Source: a virus
Taxonomy: Duplodnaviria > Caudoviricetes
DNA length: 40,859 bases
IMG/VR virus record: IMGVR_UViG_3300012942_000079
Coordinates: 1 to 40,859 of that record
Strand: one strand, 5' to 3'
Positions 16,545 to 25,376 of the stretch are shown here, one piece after another. The translations under genes were made by a program, and so were the position numbers. A model generated the notes under the pieces. The model did no database searches. It was not told the origin of the DNA and worked only from the letters and a program-made list of their open reading frames with translations. The first letter of the stretch is position 1. Each line of letters opens with the position of its first letter.

Positions 16545-17879
16545 ATTTGTGGACTGGTAGGAGTGCTGTCTAGCAACATGCTCGACAGGCACAAGAAGGC
16601 GTTCCAGATGCTCTTGTTTCTGGATACGCTCCGAGGCTCGCACGCTACAGGTGTCGCCTATGTCCGTAGTACTCGGGCTGTCGAAGTACTGAAGCAACCT
16701 ATTCCGGGGTATGACTTCCTCGAAGACCCTCGGGTAGAGAAAGCCTTCCGTCTGACGGATATCCTGTGGATTGGGCACAACCGGTTCAAGACCATGGGAG
16801 ACAACAACAAGAAGAATGCTCATCCATTCAGTGTTCTGGACAAGGACGGCGATATTGCTCTTGTAGGGGCTCATAATGGGACTCTCAAGAACAAGTGGGA
16901 CCTTCCGGAGCATGACAACTACGGGACTGACTCGGAAGCCTTGTTCAATTGTATCTACAACAAGGGCCTAGAGCCTACGTTTCAGGACTATGTCCGGAGC
17001 GACGGTGCTTGGGCAATCACTTACTGGGATAACCGGAACGATACGTTCAACGTCCTCCGTAACAAGGAGAGGACTCTCTACTGGTGCATGGAAGACGATG
17101 AACAGACTATGTTCTGGGCTTCCGAGAAGTGGATGCTGGAGGCTGCCCTTAGTCGCCACGGTATCAAGATCAAGGATGACAAGATTTATATCTTCGAAGA
17201 GGAGCATCACTACGTCTTTGAGGGTCCTGCAAAGATGAGGGGCAAGATAAATTGGAGTAAGAGCAAGCCGAAGGGAGGCTTGGCTGGCAAGGCCTCCGGT
17301 TTTTTTCAGACAGGGACCACAACAGGAGTTGGTTACGGGGGTGGTGGGACGACGACGCAAACGACATCGGAGTTAGACAGACTGTCGGAAGAGGAACTTC
17401 GACATCTCCGGGAACTGACAGCAAAGAGGACGAGGGAGCCAAACATAAAGAAGAAGGCGGAAATAACAAAGGAGATAATGGCAGTCTGGGAGAAGAACCG
17501 GCAGAACTTACGGTCTGGCGGCAACACGAAAGAGACGGGCACTGGAGCCTCAAGCAAATCAAACGTAGTGATCTTCGGCAAGGCGACCAAATCTACGGTG
17601 TCGTCCCAGCCGTCCACTAAGGACAAGCTTGACACAATCACCAAGACTTTCCGGGGTGCTCACATGACTCGAAAGGAACTTCAAGCTGTCCTAGCTTTTG
17701 GTTGTTCTTGGTGTGAGGATGAGGAGTTGACGCCAGAGAGTCTCTATGGGTGGATCGACGACTCTCATGTTTGTTGTAAGAAGTGTCTGAACGATACTCA
17801 CGATGTATCTAAGGACGATGTTTCGAATGTGGGTGACGAAGGGGTCTCCTCTCCGTCAACTCGCATTCTCCGCAATTAG
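16545..17879 (+). CDS. class II (Ntn) glutamine amidotransferase with C-terminal Zn-finger-like extension; predicted ATT start
   Basis: ATT-TGT-GGA-CTG-GTA-GGA gives (M)CGLVG; RGSHATG, GHNR, NAHPF, AHNGTL, TDSE and WASE motifs. Confidence 0.9.
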   Translation: MCGLVGVLSSNMLDRHKKAFQMLLFLDTLRGSHATGVAYVRSTRAVEVLKQPIPGYDFLEDPRVEKAFRLTDILWIGHNRFKTMGDNNKKNAHPFSVLDKDGDIALVGAHNGTLKNKWDLPEHDNYGTDSEALFNCIYNKGLEPTFQDYVRSDGAWAITYWDNRNDTFNVLRNKERTLYWCMEDDEQTMFWASEKWMLEAALSRHGIKIKDDKIYIFEEEHHYVFEGPAKMRGKINWSKSKPKGGLAGKASGFFQTGTTTGVGYGGGGTTTQTTSELDRLSEEELRHLRELTAKRTREPNIKKKAEITKEIMAVWEKNRQNLRSGGNTKETGTGASSKSNVVIFGKATKSTVSSQPSTKDKLDTITKTFRGAHMTRKELQAVLAFGCSWCEDEELTPESLYGWIDDSHVCCKKCLNDTHDVSKDDVSNVGDEGVSSPSTRILRN

Positions 17880-17901
17880 TAACCACAAGGAGTGAAGACT
17901 A

Positions 17902-18729
17902 ATGTTGAAGATTACGCTTGGGTGTGACCCGGAAATCTTTGTCCATAATAAGGACCAGAAGCCTCGGTCTGCTTATGGGATGATTCCGGGGACGAAGAGT
18001 GAGCCTCACCTTGTTGAAGAAGGGATGGTTCAGATCGACGGAACAGCCTTGGAGTTCGGTATCGACCCTTGTTCCTCGGAAGATGAGTGGGTTCGTCGGA
18101 TCAACAAGGTTATGAGCCAGATGAGGGCTATGCTGCCGAAAGGGTACGATTTCCTCCATTCCTCTTCAGTAGTATTCAACGGAAATCACTTCCGTAAACA
18201 GCCTAAAGAGGCCCTTGAGCTTGGGTGTGAACCAGATTACGACGCCTACACCTTGCAGGCTAATCCTCGCCCCGTGGCACCTCCCAACTTCCGGACGGCT
18301 GGAGGTCACGTCCACATCGGGTTCTGTGAGGATGAGAAGGACATCTTAGGCAAAGCTCACATGGACCGTTGCGCTACTCTTGTTAAGCAGCTTGATGTGT
18401 ACTTGGGGCTCCCTTCGGTACTGTTTGACAGGGATACTCGTCGGCGTAGATTGTATGGTGGTCCGGGGGCGTTCCGTCCTAAGAGCTACGGCTGTGAATA
18501 TAGAACCCTCAGCAATTCGTGGATCGAGGATGAGTGGAAACAAAGGTTCGTCTATCGGGCCACCACCATGGCCATCGAGGATCTGTTGAACGGAGTTCGA
18601 GGATTTGATGGCTCCGTGGCGGAAACTGATGTTAAGGATATGATAAAGAACTCTCAACACTACAGAGCGCGAAACGCTTTGCGCCGCTTTAAGCCTAAAC
18701 TCTTTGGGGAGGTATCGAAGTGTCTCTGA
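17902..18729 (+). CDS. phiEco32-like COOH-NH2 ligase type 2
   Basis: GCDPEIF, GCEPDYDAY, RTAGGHVHIG, RRRLYGGPGAFRPKSYGCEYRTLSN. Confidence 0.92.
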   Translation: MLKITLGCDPEIFVHNKDQKPRSAYGMIPGTKSEPHLVEEGMVQIDGTALEFGIDPCSSEDEWVRRINKVMSQMRAMLPKGYDFLHSSSVVFNGNHFRKQPKEALELGCEPDYDAYTLQANPRPVAPPNFRTAGGHVHIGFCEDEKDILGKAHMDRCATLVKQLDVYLGLPSVLFDRDTRRRRLYGGPGAFRPKSYGCEYRTLSNSWIEDEWKQRFVYRATTMAIEDLLNGVRGFDGSVAETDVKDMIKNSQHYRARNALRRFKPKLFGEVSKCL

Positions 18730-19403
18730 AGGCTCCTAACTACGAAACCTTGGAGGATGCCAAGGCTCGGCTGTCTGGTTCTGTTGTTCTGTACGAGAAC
18801 CGTCCGGTGTACATCTCGGGTGTGGGCAAGCTCGTGGACGCATCAGAGGCAGCTAAGGGGGATATCTATCGAGTATATTGCTGGAGCCTCCCTATCTCCA
18901 AAGAGAAGCTGGCTAACACTCCTCCGGAGGAGGCCGAGTTCCGTCGGTACATATCTTCTCGTAAGTTCGATATGGCCGGTATTAAACTCGGATATATGAA
19001 CTACGATGATGGAGACACAACTCTCCACCTCTCGCGAGTACCTGTCCGAGGGTACAAGCAAGGACTGTGCGAGAATAATCTCAGGGTAGAGAGGTGCTCT
19101 GGGGGCGAAGGTCTCCGAAAGGTTACTCGCTTCACTGACATCATCTCCAGCAAGGGTTTCCCTCAGATGGTTGAAGGAAGCTACCCGAGGCTGAAGGACT
19201 ACAAGGGTAAATCCTCCTTCGCTCTGTCCCGGACTGTGTCTGTCAACAAGGACGAGAACTTCGATCTGTACTACGTCTTTTACAAAATGCAAAAGGTAGG
19301 GCTGGTTCTTCCAAATACAGATGAAGTCCATCTCGCCAAGAAATACTCCTTCCTGAAGGAAACGATGGAAGAGAGCCATATCCCTTTCAACCTCCAGAAA
19401 TAG
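18720..19403 (+). CDS. hypothetical protein in the amidoligase cluster
   Basis: 227 aa, GGGGAGG RBS, lies between the two ligases. Confidence 0.8.
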   Translation: MSLKAPNYETLEDAKARLSGSVVLYENRPVYISGVGKLVDASEAAKGDIYRVYCWSLPISKEKLANTPPEEAEFRRYISSRKFDMAGIKLGYMNYDDGDTTLHLSRVPVRGYKQGLCENNLRVERCSGGEGLRKVTRFTDIISSKGFPQMVEGSYPRLKDYKGKSSFALSRTVSVNKDENFDLYYVFYKMQKVGLVLPNTDEVHLAKKYSFLKETMEESHIPFNLQK

Positions 19404-19415
19404 AGTTGGACGACT

Positions 19416-20660
19416 ATGCCAGAGATTGAATTTGATGGCCGGTTATTCCGTGTAGAAGATGTTATGGTGGGGGGGGACGAGGAGGGATTACCGCCTAATC
19501 AGCCGAGGGCTCCAGCCCCTCCGCCTCCACAGCACGATCCCAGAGTCCCGCGACCGGCAGACATTATTGCGGCTAATGCTGCAAGAATAGAGGAGATTTT
19601 AAGAAGGAACCAGCGGCGGGAGGTGGCTGTGCCTGTTGGGGCAGAGATACCGCGTCGGTTTACACTAAAGAAGGTGATGGATATGGGCAAGGGTTATAAT
19701 GTCCTAGACCTCCACATCTCCGAACTTGTTGCCTTGAGGCATAAGGTAAAAGGAGATATGTTTGGAGTAGAGTTGGAGATGGAGGGCCGTAACCTCGCTA
19801 TGGCGAAGGATTACATCCTCTGCGACTGGGTCAGCCATGTGGACGGTTCCCTCCGCAACTACCATGGAGAGGCTATCGAGTGGGTGACTAATAGGCCGGA
19901 GAGTTACGAGGACACCGTAAAGAAGATAGACAGGCTCTTTAAAGGACTGGCTGAGAACCGAGCGAAGGTAGTTCCTAGCAATCGGACCTCTACCCATGTC
20001 CACTTCAACATGGGAGACAAGAAGGTCTATCAGTTGACGAACCTCTTCATCTACTACACTCTTATTGAAGATGTCCTCGGGCACTTCGCAGGGGATGATC
20101 GGAATGGGAATGTCTTCTGCCTCCGAAACAGGGACGCTTCTGCTACCATTCAGATGTTCTACAACAGTGTCGTGACGTACAAGAACTTGGGGGATTTCAA
20201 TGGTAATAACCGATACTCGGCCCTGAACCTCTGTTCTCTGTTCAAGTTCGGTACTGTAGAGTTCAGGCAGATGCGGGGAGTCGATAAGCCTGATGATCTC
20301 CTCACGTGGTTGAAGCTCCTGAACAGGCTCATCCAGTTCTCCATGAACAGTATGCAGGCTCCGTCCGAGGTTATTGAGTTCATCTCTGTCGGGGGTCCTA
20401 TCGGTTTTCTCAATCAAGTCTTTGGACCTGAACTAACCAATAAGCTGGTAGTCTTGTACGGTTCGGAGCGGGAAGTCTGCGACAGCATCTACGAGGGAGT
20501 CCGGGAGGTTCAGCATCTGGCCTATGCTGTGTCCCCTAACTATGAGGGACTGACCCCTCCTATGAAGGATTTCTGGGCACAGCAAAAGGCCGGTCTCGCT
20601 GATTATAAGGCTAGGATTGAGGAGGACGACGATGTGGAAGGTGAGCAAGAGGATTTCTAA
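19416..20660 (+). CDS. putative amidoligase (COOH-NH2 ligase, Amidoligase_2-like)
   Basis: FGVELEMEG, DGSLR, STHVHFN, RYSALN, GTVEFR; Pro-rich N-terminal extension. Confidence 0.9.
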   Translation: MPEIEFDGRLFRVEDVMVGGDEEGLPPNQPRAPAPPPPQHDPRVPRPADIIAANAARIEEILRRNQRREVAVPVGAEIPRRFTLKKVMDMGKGYNVLDLHISELVALRHKVKGDMFGVELEMEGRNLAMAKDYILCDWVSHVDGSLRNYHGEAIEWVTNRPESYEDTVKKIDRLFKGLAENRAKVVPSNRTSTHVHFNMGDKKVYQLTNLFIYYTLIEDVLGHFAGDDRNGNVFCLRNRDASATIQMFYNSVVTYKNLGDFNGNNRYSALNLCSLFKFGTVEFRQMRGVDKPDDLLTWLKLLNRLIQFSMNSMQAPSEVIEFISVGGPIGFLNQVFGPELTNKLVVLYGSEREVCDSIYEGVREVQHLAYAVSPNYEGLTPPMKDFWAQQKAGLADYKARIEEDDDVEGEQEDF

Positions 20661-21405
20661 GATCAGGGTGTACCCGTACAAACAAGGGTCAGCTTCAGCC
20701 AAGATACTGGCAGAGAAGATGGGAGGTAAAGTTCTAAAGCATGTCAACAGTAAATATGCCCCTCGTGATGGTGATATCATTATCAATTGGGGTAGTTCTA
20801 ATCCTCCTGACTTCAGGAAGGGGACCACCCTCAATAAGGACGTGAAGATAGCGTCCAACAAGCTTAGTGCATTCAAGAAAATGAAGGAAGAGGGGGTTTC
20901 GATCCCTGACTTCTACGAGAACAAGGAAGAAATCCCTAATGGTGATGAAGCTTATCCGATCGTCTGTCGAACTATTCTTAATGGCCACAGTGGCGCTGGC
21001 ATCGTCATTGCTGATGGTGTCGATGACCTTGTAGACGCTCCTCTCTATACCAAGTACGTGAAGAAGGCTGATGAGTACCGGGTTCATGTAGTCCGGGACG
21101 AAGTGGCTATGATCGTCCGTAAGGCCCGTAGGATGGACGTAGAGAAGGAGAATGTGAATTGGAGGGTGCGTAACCTAGCCGGAGGTTTCGTCTTTGTAAT
21201 GTTGGATGAGGGCGATGTAGAGGCATGTGTGGTAGAGGAGGCTAAGAAAGCTATCAAGGCTCTGTCTTTGGACTTCGGGGGAGTGGACGTTATCTTTAAC
21301 AAGTACGAAGGAAAGGCTTACGTGCTTGAGGTAAACACCGCTTGTGGGCTGGAAGACCGGACTGCTGAAGCCTATGCTCAAGCCTTTGAGAAGCTTAGGT
21401 TTTAA
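20641..21405 (+). CDS. ATP-grasp ligase (phage RimK/YheCD-like)
   Basis: IINWG, GHSGAGIV, EYRVHV, LDFGGVDVI, YVLEVNTACG; start uncertain (20617-20641). Confidence 0.9.
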   Translation: MSKRISKIRVYPYKQGSASAKILAEKMGGKVLKHVNSKYAPRDGDIIINWGSSNPPDFRKGTTLNKDVKIASNKLSAFKKMKEEGVSIPDFYENKEEIPNGDEAYPIVCRTILNGHSGAGIVIADGVDDLVDAPLYTKYVKKADEYRVHVVRDEVAMIVRKARRMDVEKENVNWRVRNLAGGFVFVMLDEGDVEACVVEEAKKAIKALSLDFGGVDVIFNKYEGKAYVLEVNTACGLEDRTAEAYAQAFEKLRF

Positions 21406-21414
21406 AAATAGTGC

Positions 21415-21442
21415 TTGACAACTCAGAGAAATCTGATATAAT
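21415..21442 (+). promoter_or_regulatory. sigma70-type promoter
   Basis: TTGACA-16 nt-TATAAT with TGn extension and AT-rich upstream element. Confidence 0.85.
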
Positions 21443-21509
21443 ATCTTTATAGGCACAGCGGTAAAACACTCCTCTATAAACACATACTCAAGAAAGGAGG
21501 CCCTCCTCC

Positions 21510-21731
21510 ATGCACTGTAATATCTGTGATAAGCAACTTGATGAGTCTGACATCGTATGGAATGATGACTTGAAGAAGTGGGAACCTTGTAAGGAGTGTC
21601 TGGAAATAATCTATGATGCTGCATATCAGGGCCAGTTCACCAAGGAAGACCCCGTAGAGACATTGGAGCCAGAGTTTGATTTCTCTGGAGAGGGTGTTGA
21701 CTTTTCAGATGATAGGTTGTATAATCTTTAG
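21510..21731 (+). CDS. small Zn-ribbon protein (CxxC...CxxC) with acidic tail
   Basis: MHCNICD...PCKEC; AAAGGAGG RBS. Confidence 0.8.
   Translation: MHCNICDKQLDESDIVWNDDLKKWEPCKECLEIIYDAAYQGQFTKEDPVETLEPEFDFSGEGVDFSDDRLYNL
21697..21725 (+). promoter_or_regulatory. sigma70-type promoter
   Basis: TTGACT-17 nt-TATAAT. Confidence 0.75.
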
Positions 21732-21739
21732 GAGAAGGT

Positions 21740-21871
21740 ATGGCTATTGCTAACCTTAAAATCTATCCATGTCCTTTCTGTTCTGAATGGTCATCTACCC
21801 ATAAGGATAGGGTTGACCACATGACTAAGAAACACTCTAGAAAGAAGAAGGAGGCTAAGAAAGACCAATGA
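21740..21871 (+). CDS. 43-aa C2H2 zinc-finger protein
   Basis: Not in the track. AGGAGAAGG RBS; MAIANLKIYPCPFCSEWSSTHKDRVDHMTKKHSRKKKEAKKDQ = C-x2-C-x12-H-x4-H. Confidence 0.7.
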   Translation: MAIANLKIYPCPFCSEWSSTHKDRVDHMTKKHSRKKKEAKKDQ

Positions 21872-22023
21872 ACGATAAGGCCCTAGAGACTCTGGAGAAG
21901 CAAGCAGCCATCTGGAAAGCAGAGACAATGGCAATTCACAAAGTCAAGCCTATAGCCTCCACGAAGAATATCGGTCATCTCTGTGGGTTGATCGAGGACT
22001 TGATTAAGGAGCTTAGGAAGTGA
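21868..22023 (+). CDS. hypothetical protein (51 aa)
   Basis: ATGA overlap with the previous gene and GTGA overlap with the next; AAGGAGG upstream. Confidence 0.65.
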   Translation: MNDKALETLEKQAAIWKAETMAIHKVKPIASTKNIGHLCGLIEDLIKELRK

Positions 22024-22556
22024 GTGGTAAGACGTGGGTCATTGCAGACACCCACTTCAGCCACCAAGGAATGTGTCAGTTCACCAACTATGACGGAACC
22101 AAGGTTCGCCCTTGGGATAACTATGAGGAAATGGATGAAGCCCTCATCGAGAATTGGAACTCTGTTGTTAGTCCTGACGATAGAGTTTACCTCCTTGGTG
22201 ATGTTGCTATGGGTCGTAAAGGACTTCGATGCGTGGAGCGGCTCCAAGGTCGTATCGTTCTTGTAAAGGGCAACCACGATCAAGAGAAGCTGGGTAAGTA
22301 TGTTGACCTCTTCGACGACATTCGTGCTTGTGTCGTCAAGAAGGGCTTCATTATGACCCATATCCCTATTCATCCCGCCTGTCTGGCTAGGTGGAACCTG
22401 AATATCCATGGGCACCTCCACAACAACACCATTAAAGAAATCAAGCACGACAACATTGAGGATCAGCGCTACTTCTGTGCATCGGTAGAGAGGATTAACT
22501 TCACTCCGATCCTCCTAGACGACATTCTAAAGCAGAGGAAGGTTAACCAAGGATGA
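22020..22556 (+). CDS. calcineurin-like metallophosphoesterase
   Basis: DTHFSH, LGDV, GNHD, THIP, HGHLH. Confidence 0.92.
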   Translation: MSGKTWVIADTHFSHQGMCQFTNYDGTKVRPWDNYEEMDEALIENWNSVVSPDDRVYLLGDVAMGRKGLRCVERLQGRIVLVKGNHDQEKLGKYVDLFDDIRACVVKKGFIMTHIPIHPACLARWNLNIHGHLHNNTIKEIKHDNIEDQRYFCASVERINFTPILLDDILKQRKVNQG

Positions 22557-23266
22557 AGTTCTCCCTCATAAGTGATATGCACATCAACCATCCACAGCCT
22601 CGAACCCCTTACGATCAGCTTGAGCATATTGTTGTTGTCGCTGGGGATACTGACAACGGACTCGGTGGTTTGAAGTACCTCCAGAAGCTGAAGAACAAGG
22701 GCTATACTGTTATCGCTACCCATGGCAATCACGAACACTACTCCAATGTTGCCCAAGACCGTACCATGTGCGACACGATCAACAGGTTTCAACAGGACCA
22801 TCCTGACTTCTACGACTTCGGAAAGGACGTTCCTCTCTTCGTAGCCCGGAATGGTTGGTACATCGTAAAGGATGAGCCCCTCTGGTATAATTACATGAAC
22901 GATGGTCGTTACGGAGGGTTCGGAGCCGACGAGGTGAACTCTTGGGCTAAGATGGACTCTATCCGTGTTAAGTCTGTCCTCCGGCTGGCTCAACTGACCA
23001 ACCGTAAGGTGGTTGTAGTTACCCATACTGCCCCCTGTGAGGAGTCCCTGAATCAGGAGTATAAGGACCACTACTCACAGTCTTGGTACTGGAACCCTCT
23101 TATGCGTCCTCTGCTAGAGGAGTATAAGGACACTATCGCTGTCTGGTGTCACGGGCATACCCACGCTCAGGCTGATGTAGTTGTTGACGGAGTACGAGTT
23201 GTTGCTAACCCCCGTGGCTATCCAAGGGAGAACCCCGATTGGATGCCACTGACCATTGAGGTGTAA
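22553..23266 (+). CDS. calcineurin-like metallophosphoesterase
   Basis: SDMH, AGD, GNHEHY, THTAP, HGHTH, NPRGY. Confidence 0.92.
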   Translation: MKFSLISDMHINHPQPRTPYDQLEHIVVVAGDTDNGLGGLKYLQKLKNKGYTVIATHGNHEHYSNVAQDRTMCDTINRFQQDHPDFYDFGKDVPLFVARNGWYIVKDEPLWYNYMNDGRYGGFGADEVNSWAKMDSIRVKSVLRLAQLTNRKVVVVTHTAPCEESLNQEYKDHYSQSWYWNPLMRPLLEEYKDTIAVWCHGHTHAQADVVVDGVRVVANPRGYPRENPDWMPLTIEV

Positions 23267-23271
23267 TTACT

Positions 23272-23472
23272 ATGGAAGGGAATTACTTTGATACCCTCCC
23301 TAATGCGGTTGACGCCGCTCGGGAGGCTCTCGTCCATCTTGATGCTCGCGGATACACCAATGAGTATGGACTCATACGCCCTCCCTCGAAAGGCTTTAAG
23401 GAGTCCTCCCGAGACTCTGATGCCATCGATTATCTCTGTAGCGAATGGGACTACGGCTGGGCGGATATGTGA
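23272..23472 (+). CDS. hypothetical protein
   Basis: 66 aa, GAGGTG RBS. Confidence 0.65.
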   Translation: MEGNYFDTLPNAVDAAREALVHLDARGYTNEYGLIRPPSKGFKESSRDSDAIDYLCSEWDYGWADM

Positions 23473-23699
23473 TGGTCTACTATGTCCACATAAATAGAGG
23501 GGTAATAGATAGTAATAGGAAATACGGTCGCAACGACCCTCCTATAAGGATTCAAAGAGGTAAGTACGGGAAACCTGAATATGGGTATAGGTGCGAACTG
23601 CCCGAAGGTAGTGTGATACTGTACGATAGAGAGGGGTCTATCCTCCCATGCGGGGCCAGACTTGTAATCGCTTCCCAGAGTAGGCCAATCCTTGAGTAA
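23472..23699 (+). CDS. hypothetical protein
   Basis: TGATG-coupled start; VHINRGVIDSNRK...LPCGARLVI. Confidence 0.65.
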   Translation: MVYYVHINRGVIDSNRKYGRNDPPIRIQRGKYGKPEYGYRCELPEGSVILYDREGSILPCGARLVIASQSRPILE

Positions 23700-25353
23700 G
23701 TTCCTAAGGCATCAACCATGTCCGAACCCTGATTGTGGTTCATCAGACGGGCTAGCAGTGTACGATGATAATGCTCACTGCTTCGTCTGTAACTATCATT
23801 TCATAGGAGAATATGAGATCACAGAAGAGACTAATCAGAAGAGGGCTAAGTCTACTGATCTCCCCTTGACTCCGGTAGCTAGAGATTTCCGAGCCATTCC
23901 TGATAGGAAGTTGTCTAGTGATACTGTCGAGAAGTACAAGGTCCTTGTCAATCAAAACCCTAAAAGCCCTATCCAGCATGTCTACCCCTATTTTGATGGA
24001 GACGGGAAGCACGTAGCTAATAAGGTCAGGGTCGTAAGAGAGTCTGAAGATGAGAGTGGTAATCCAGTCTTAGAGAAGGACTTCTACGCAGAAGGACCTA
24101 TCGGAGAGGCAACTCTCTTTGGACAGCAATTGTTCCCTGCTGGCTGTGCTAAGGCTATAACGATCACTGAGGGCGAACTGGATGCCATGGCAGCCTATGA
24201 GATGCAAGGCAGTAAATGGCCCTGTGTGAGCGTTAGAGGGGCTTCCAGCGCTAAGAAGGATTGCCTTGCAGTCTTCGAATACCTTTCGTCCTTTGAGAAG
24301 ATTGTTGTCTGCTTCGACAATGACGAGCCGGGGCAGAAGGCAGCTAAGCAAGTCATCCAGTTGTTCAAGCCGGGGCAGGCTTATAACATGCGTCCTCGTC
24401 GATACAAGGATGCCTCTGACTATAACAAGAACGGAGAGTCTCGGGCATTCGTCAAGGAGTGGTGGGATGCAGAGCCTTATAAGCCAGACGGTATCAAGCT
24501 TGGTCGGGATATGTGGGGTGAAATCATCAACCACAAAGACCCTAAGAGTGTTCCTTACCCTTTTGCCGGTCTTAACAAAGCCACATACGGGCTAAGGACT
24601 TCAGAGCTTGTTATCATCACCGCTCCGACTGGTATTGGTAAGACTTCTGTTTTGAAGGAGATTGAGTACAGCCTCCTGATGAATGAGGAGTTGAAGAAGG
24701 AGGATGCAGGGGTAGGCTTTCTGCACTTCGAAGAGCCCAACTACGACACCGCCATCGGGCTCATGTCCATCCACAACAACAAGCCCTATCACCTTCCTGA
24801 TACTGTGCGAACCTCAGACGAACTACGCTCTGCATATGAGTCTGTTCTAGATAATGATAGGGTTGTTATCTGGGACCACTTCGGAAGTAACTCTATTGAT
24901 GCTGTCCTTGCCAAGGTTCGTCACATGGCGGCTCTTGGGTGTAAGTACATTGTTGTTGACCATCTGTCTATCATCGTCAGTGACCAGTCTGGTGATGAGC
25001 GGAAGCAGTTGGACGAAATTGCCACCAAGCTGAAGACGCTTACCATGGAGTTGGATATCTCTGTTATCTGTGTCATCCATCAGAACAGGAATGGACAGAT
25101 CAGGGGTACTGCTGGTGTCGAGCAATTGGCTAACATGGTTATCAGCCTCGAACGAGACATGACGGATATAAACGAGTGGCGTCGCAATGTCACCAAGTTC
25201 GTTATCCAGAAGAACCGTTTCTGTGGAAGGGCTGGACCTGTCTGTTGGGTACACTATGATGATTGCACGGGACGACTAAAGGAGCTTACTAAAGAGGAGA
25301 TTGATAGGTACGAACGAGGAGAGGATAACACTGGAGCAGAGATGCCCTTCTAA
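23692..25353 (+). CDS. T7 gp4-like DNA primase-helicase
   Basis: Zn finger CPNPDC...HCFVC, TOPRIM TEGELDAM and FDND, Walker A APTGIGKT, IVVDHL, KNRF. Confidence 0.95.
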   Translation: MSKFLRHQPCPNPDCGSSDGLAVYDDNAHCFVCNYHFIGEYEITEETNQKRAKSTDLPLTPVARDFRAIPDRKLSSDTVEKYKVLVNQNPKSPIQHVYPYFDGDGKHVANKVRVVRESEDESGNPVLEKDFYAEGPIGEATLFGQQLFPAGCAKAITITEGELDAMAAYEMQGSKWPCVSVRGASSAKKDCLAVFEYLSSFEKIVVCFDNDEPGQKAAKQVIQLFKPGQAYNMRPRRYKDASDYNKNGESRAFVKEWWDAEPYKPDGIKLGRDMWGEIINHKDPKSVPYPFAGLNKATYGLRTSELVIITAPTGIGKTSVLKEIEYSLLMNEELKKEDAGVGFLHFEEPNYDTAIGLMSIHNNKPYHLPDTVRTSDELRSAYESVLDNDRVVIWDHFGSNSIDAVLAKVRHMAALGCKYIVVDHLSIIVSDQSGDERKQLDEIATKLKTLTMELDISVICVIHQNRNGQIRGTAGVEQLANMVISLERDMTDINEWRRNVTKFVIQKNRFCGRAGPVCWVHYDDCTGRLKELTKEEIDRYERGEDNTGAEMPF

Positions 25354-25376
25354 CCACCAAGGAGTATTGATGGATC

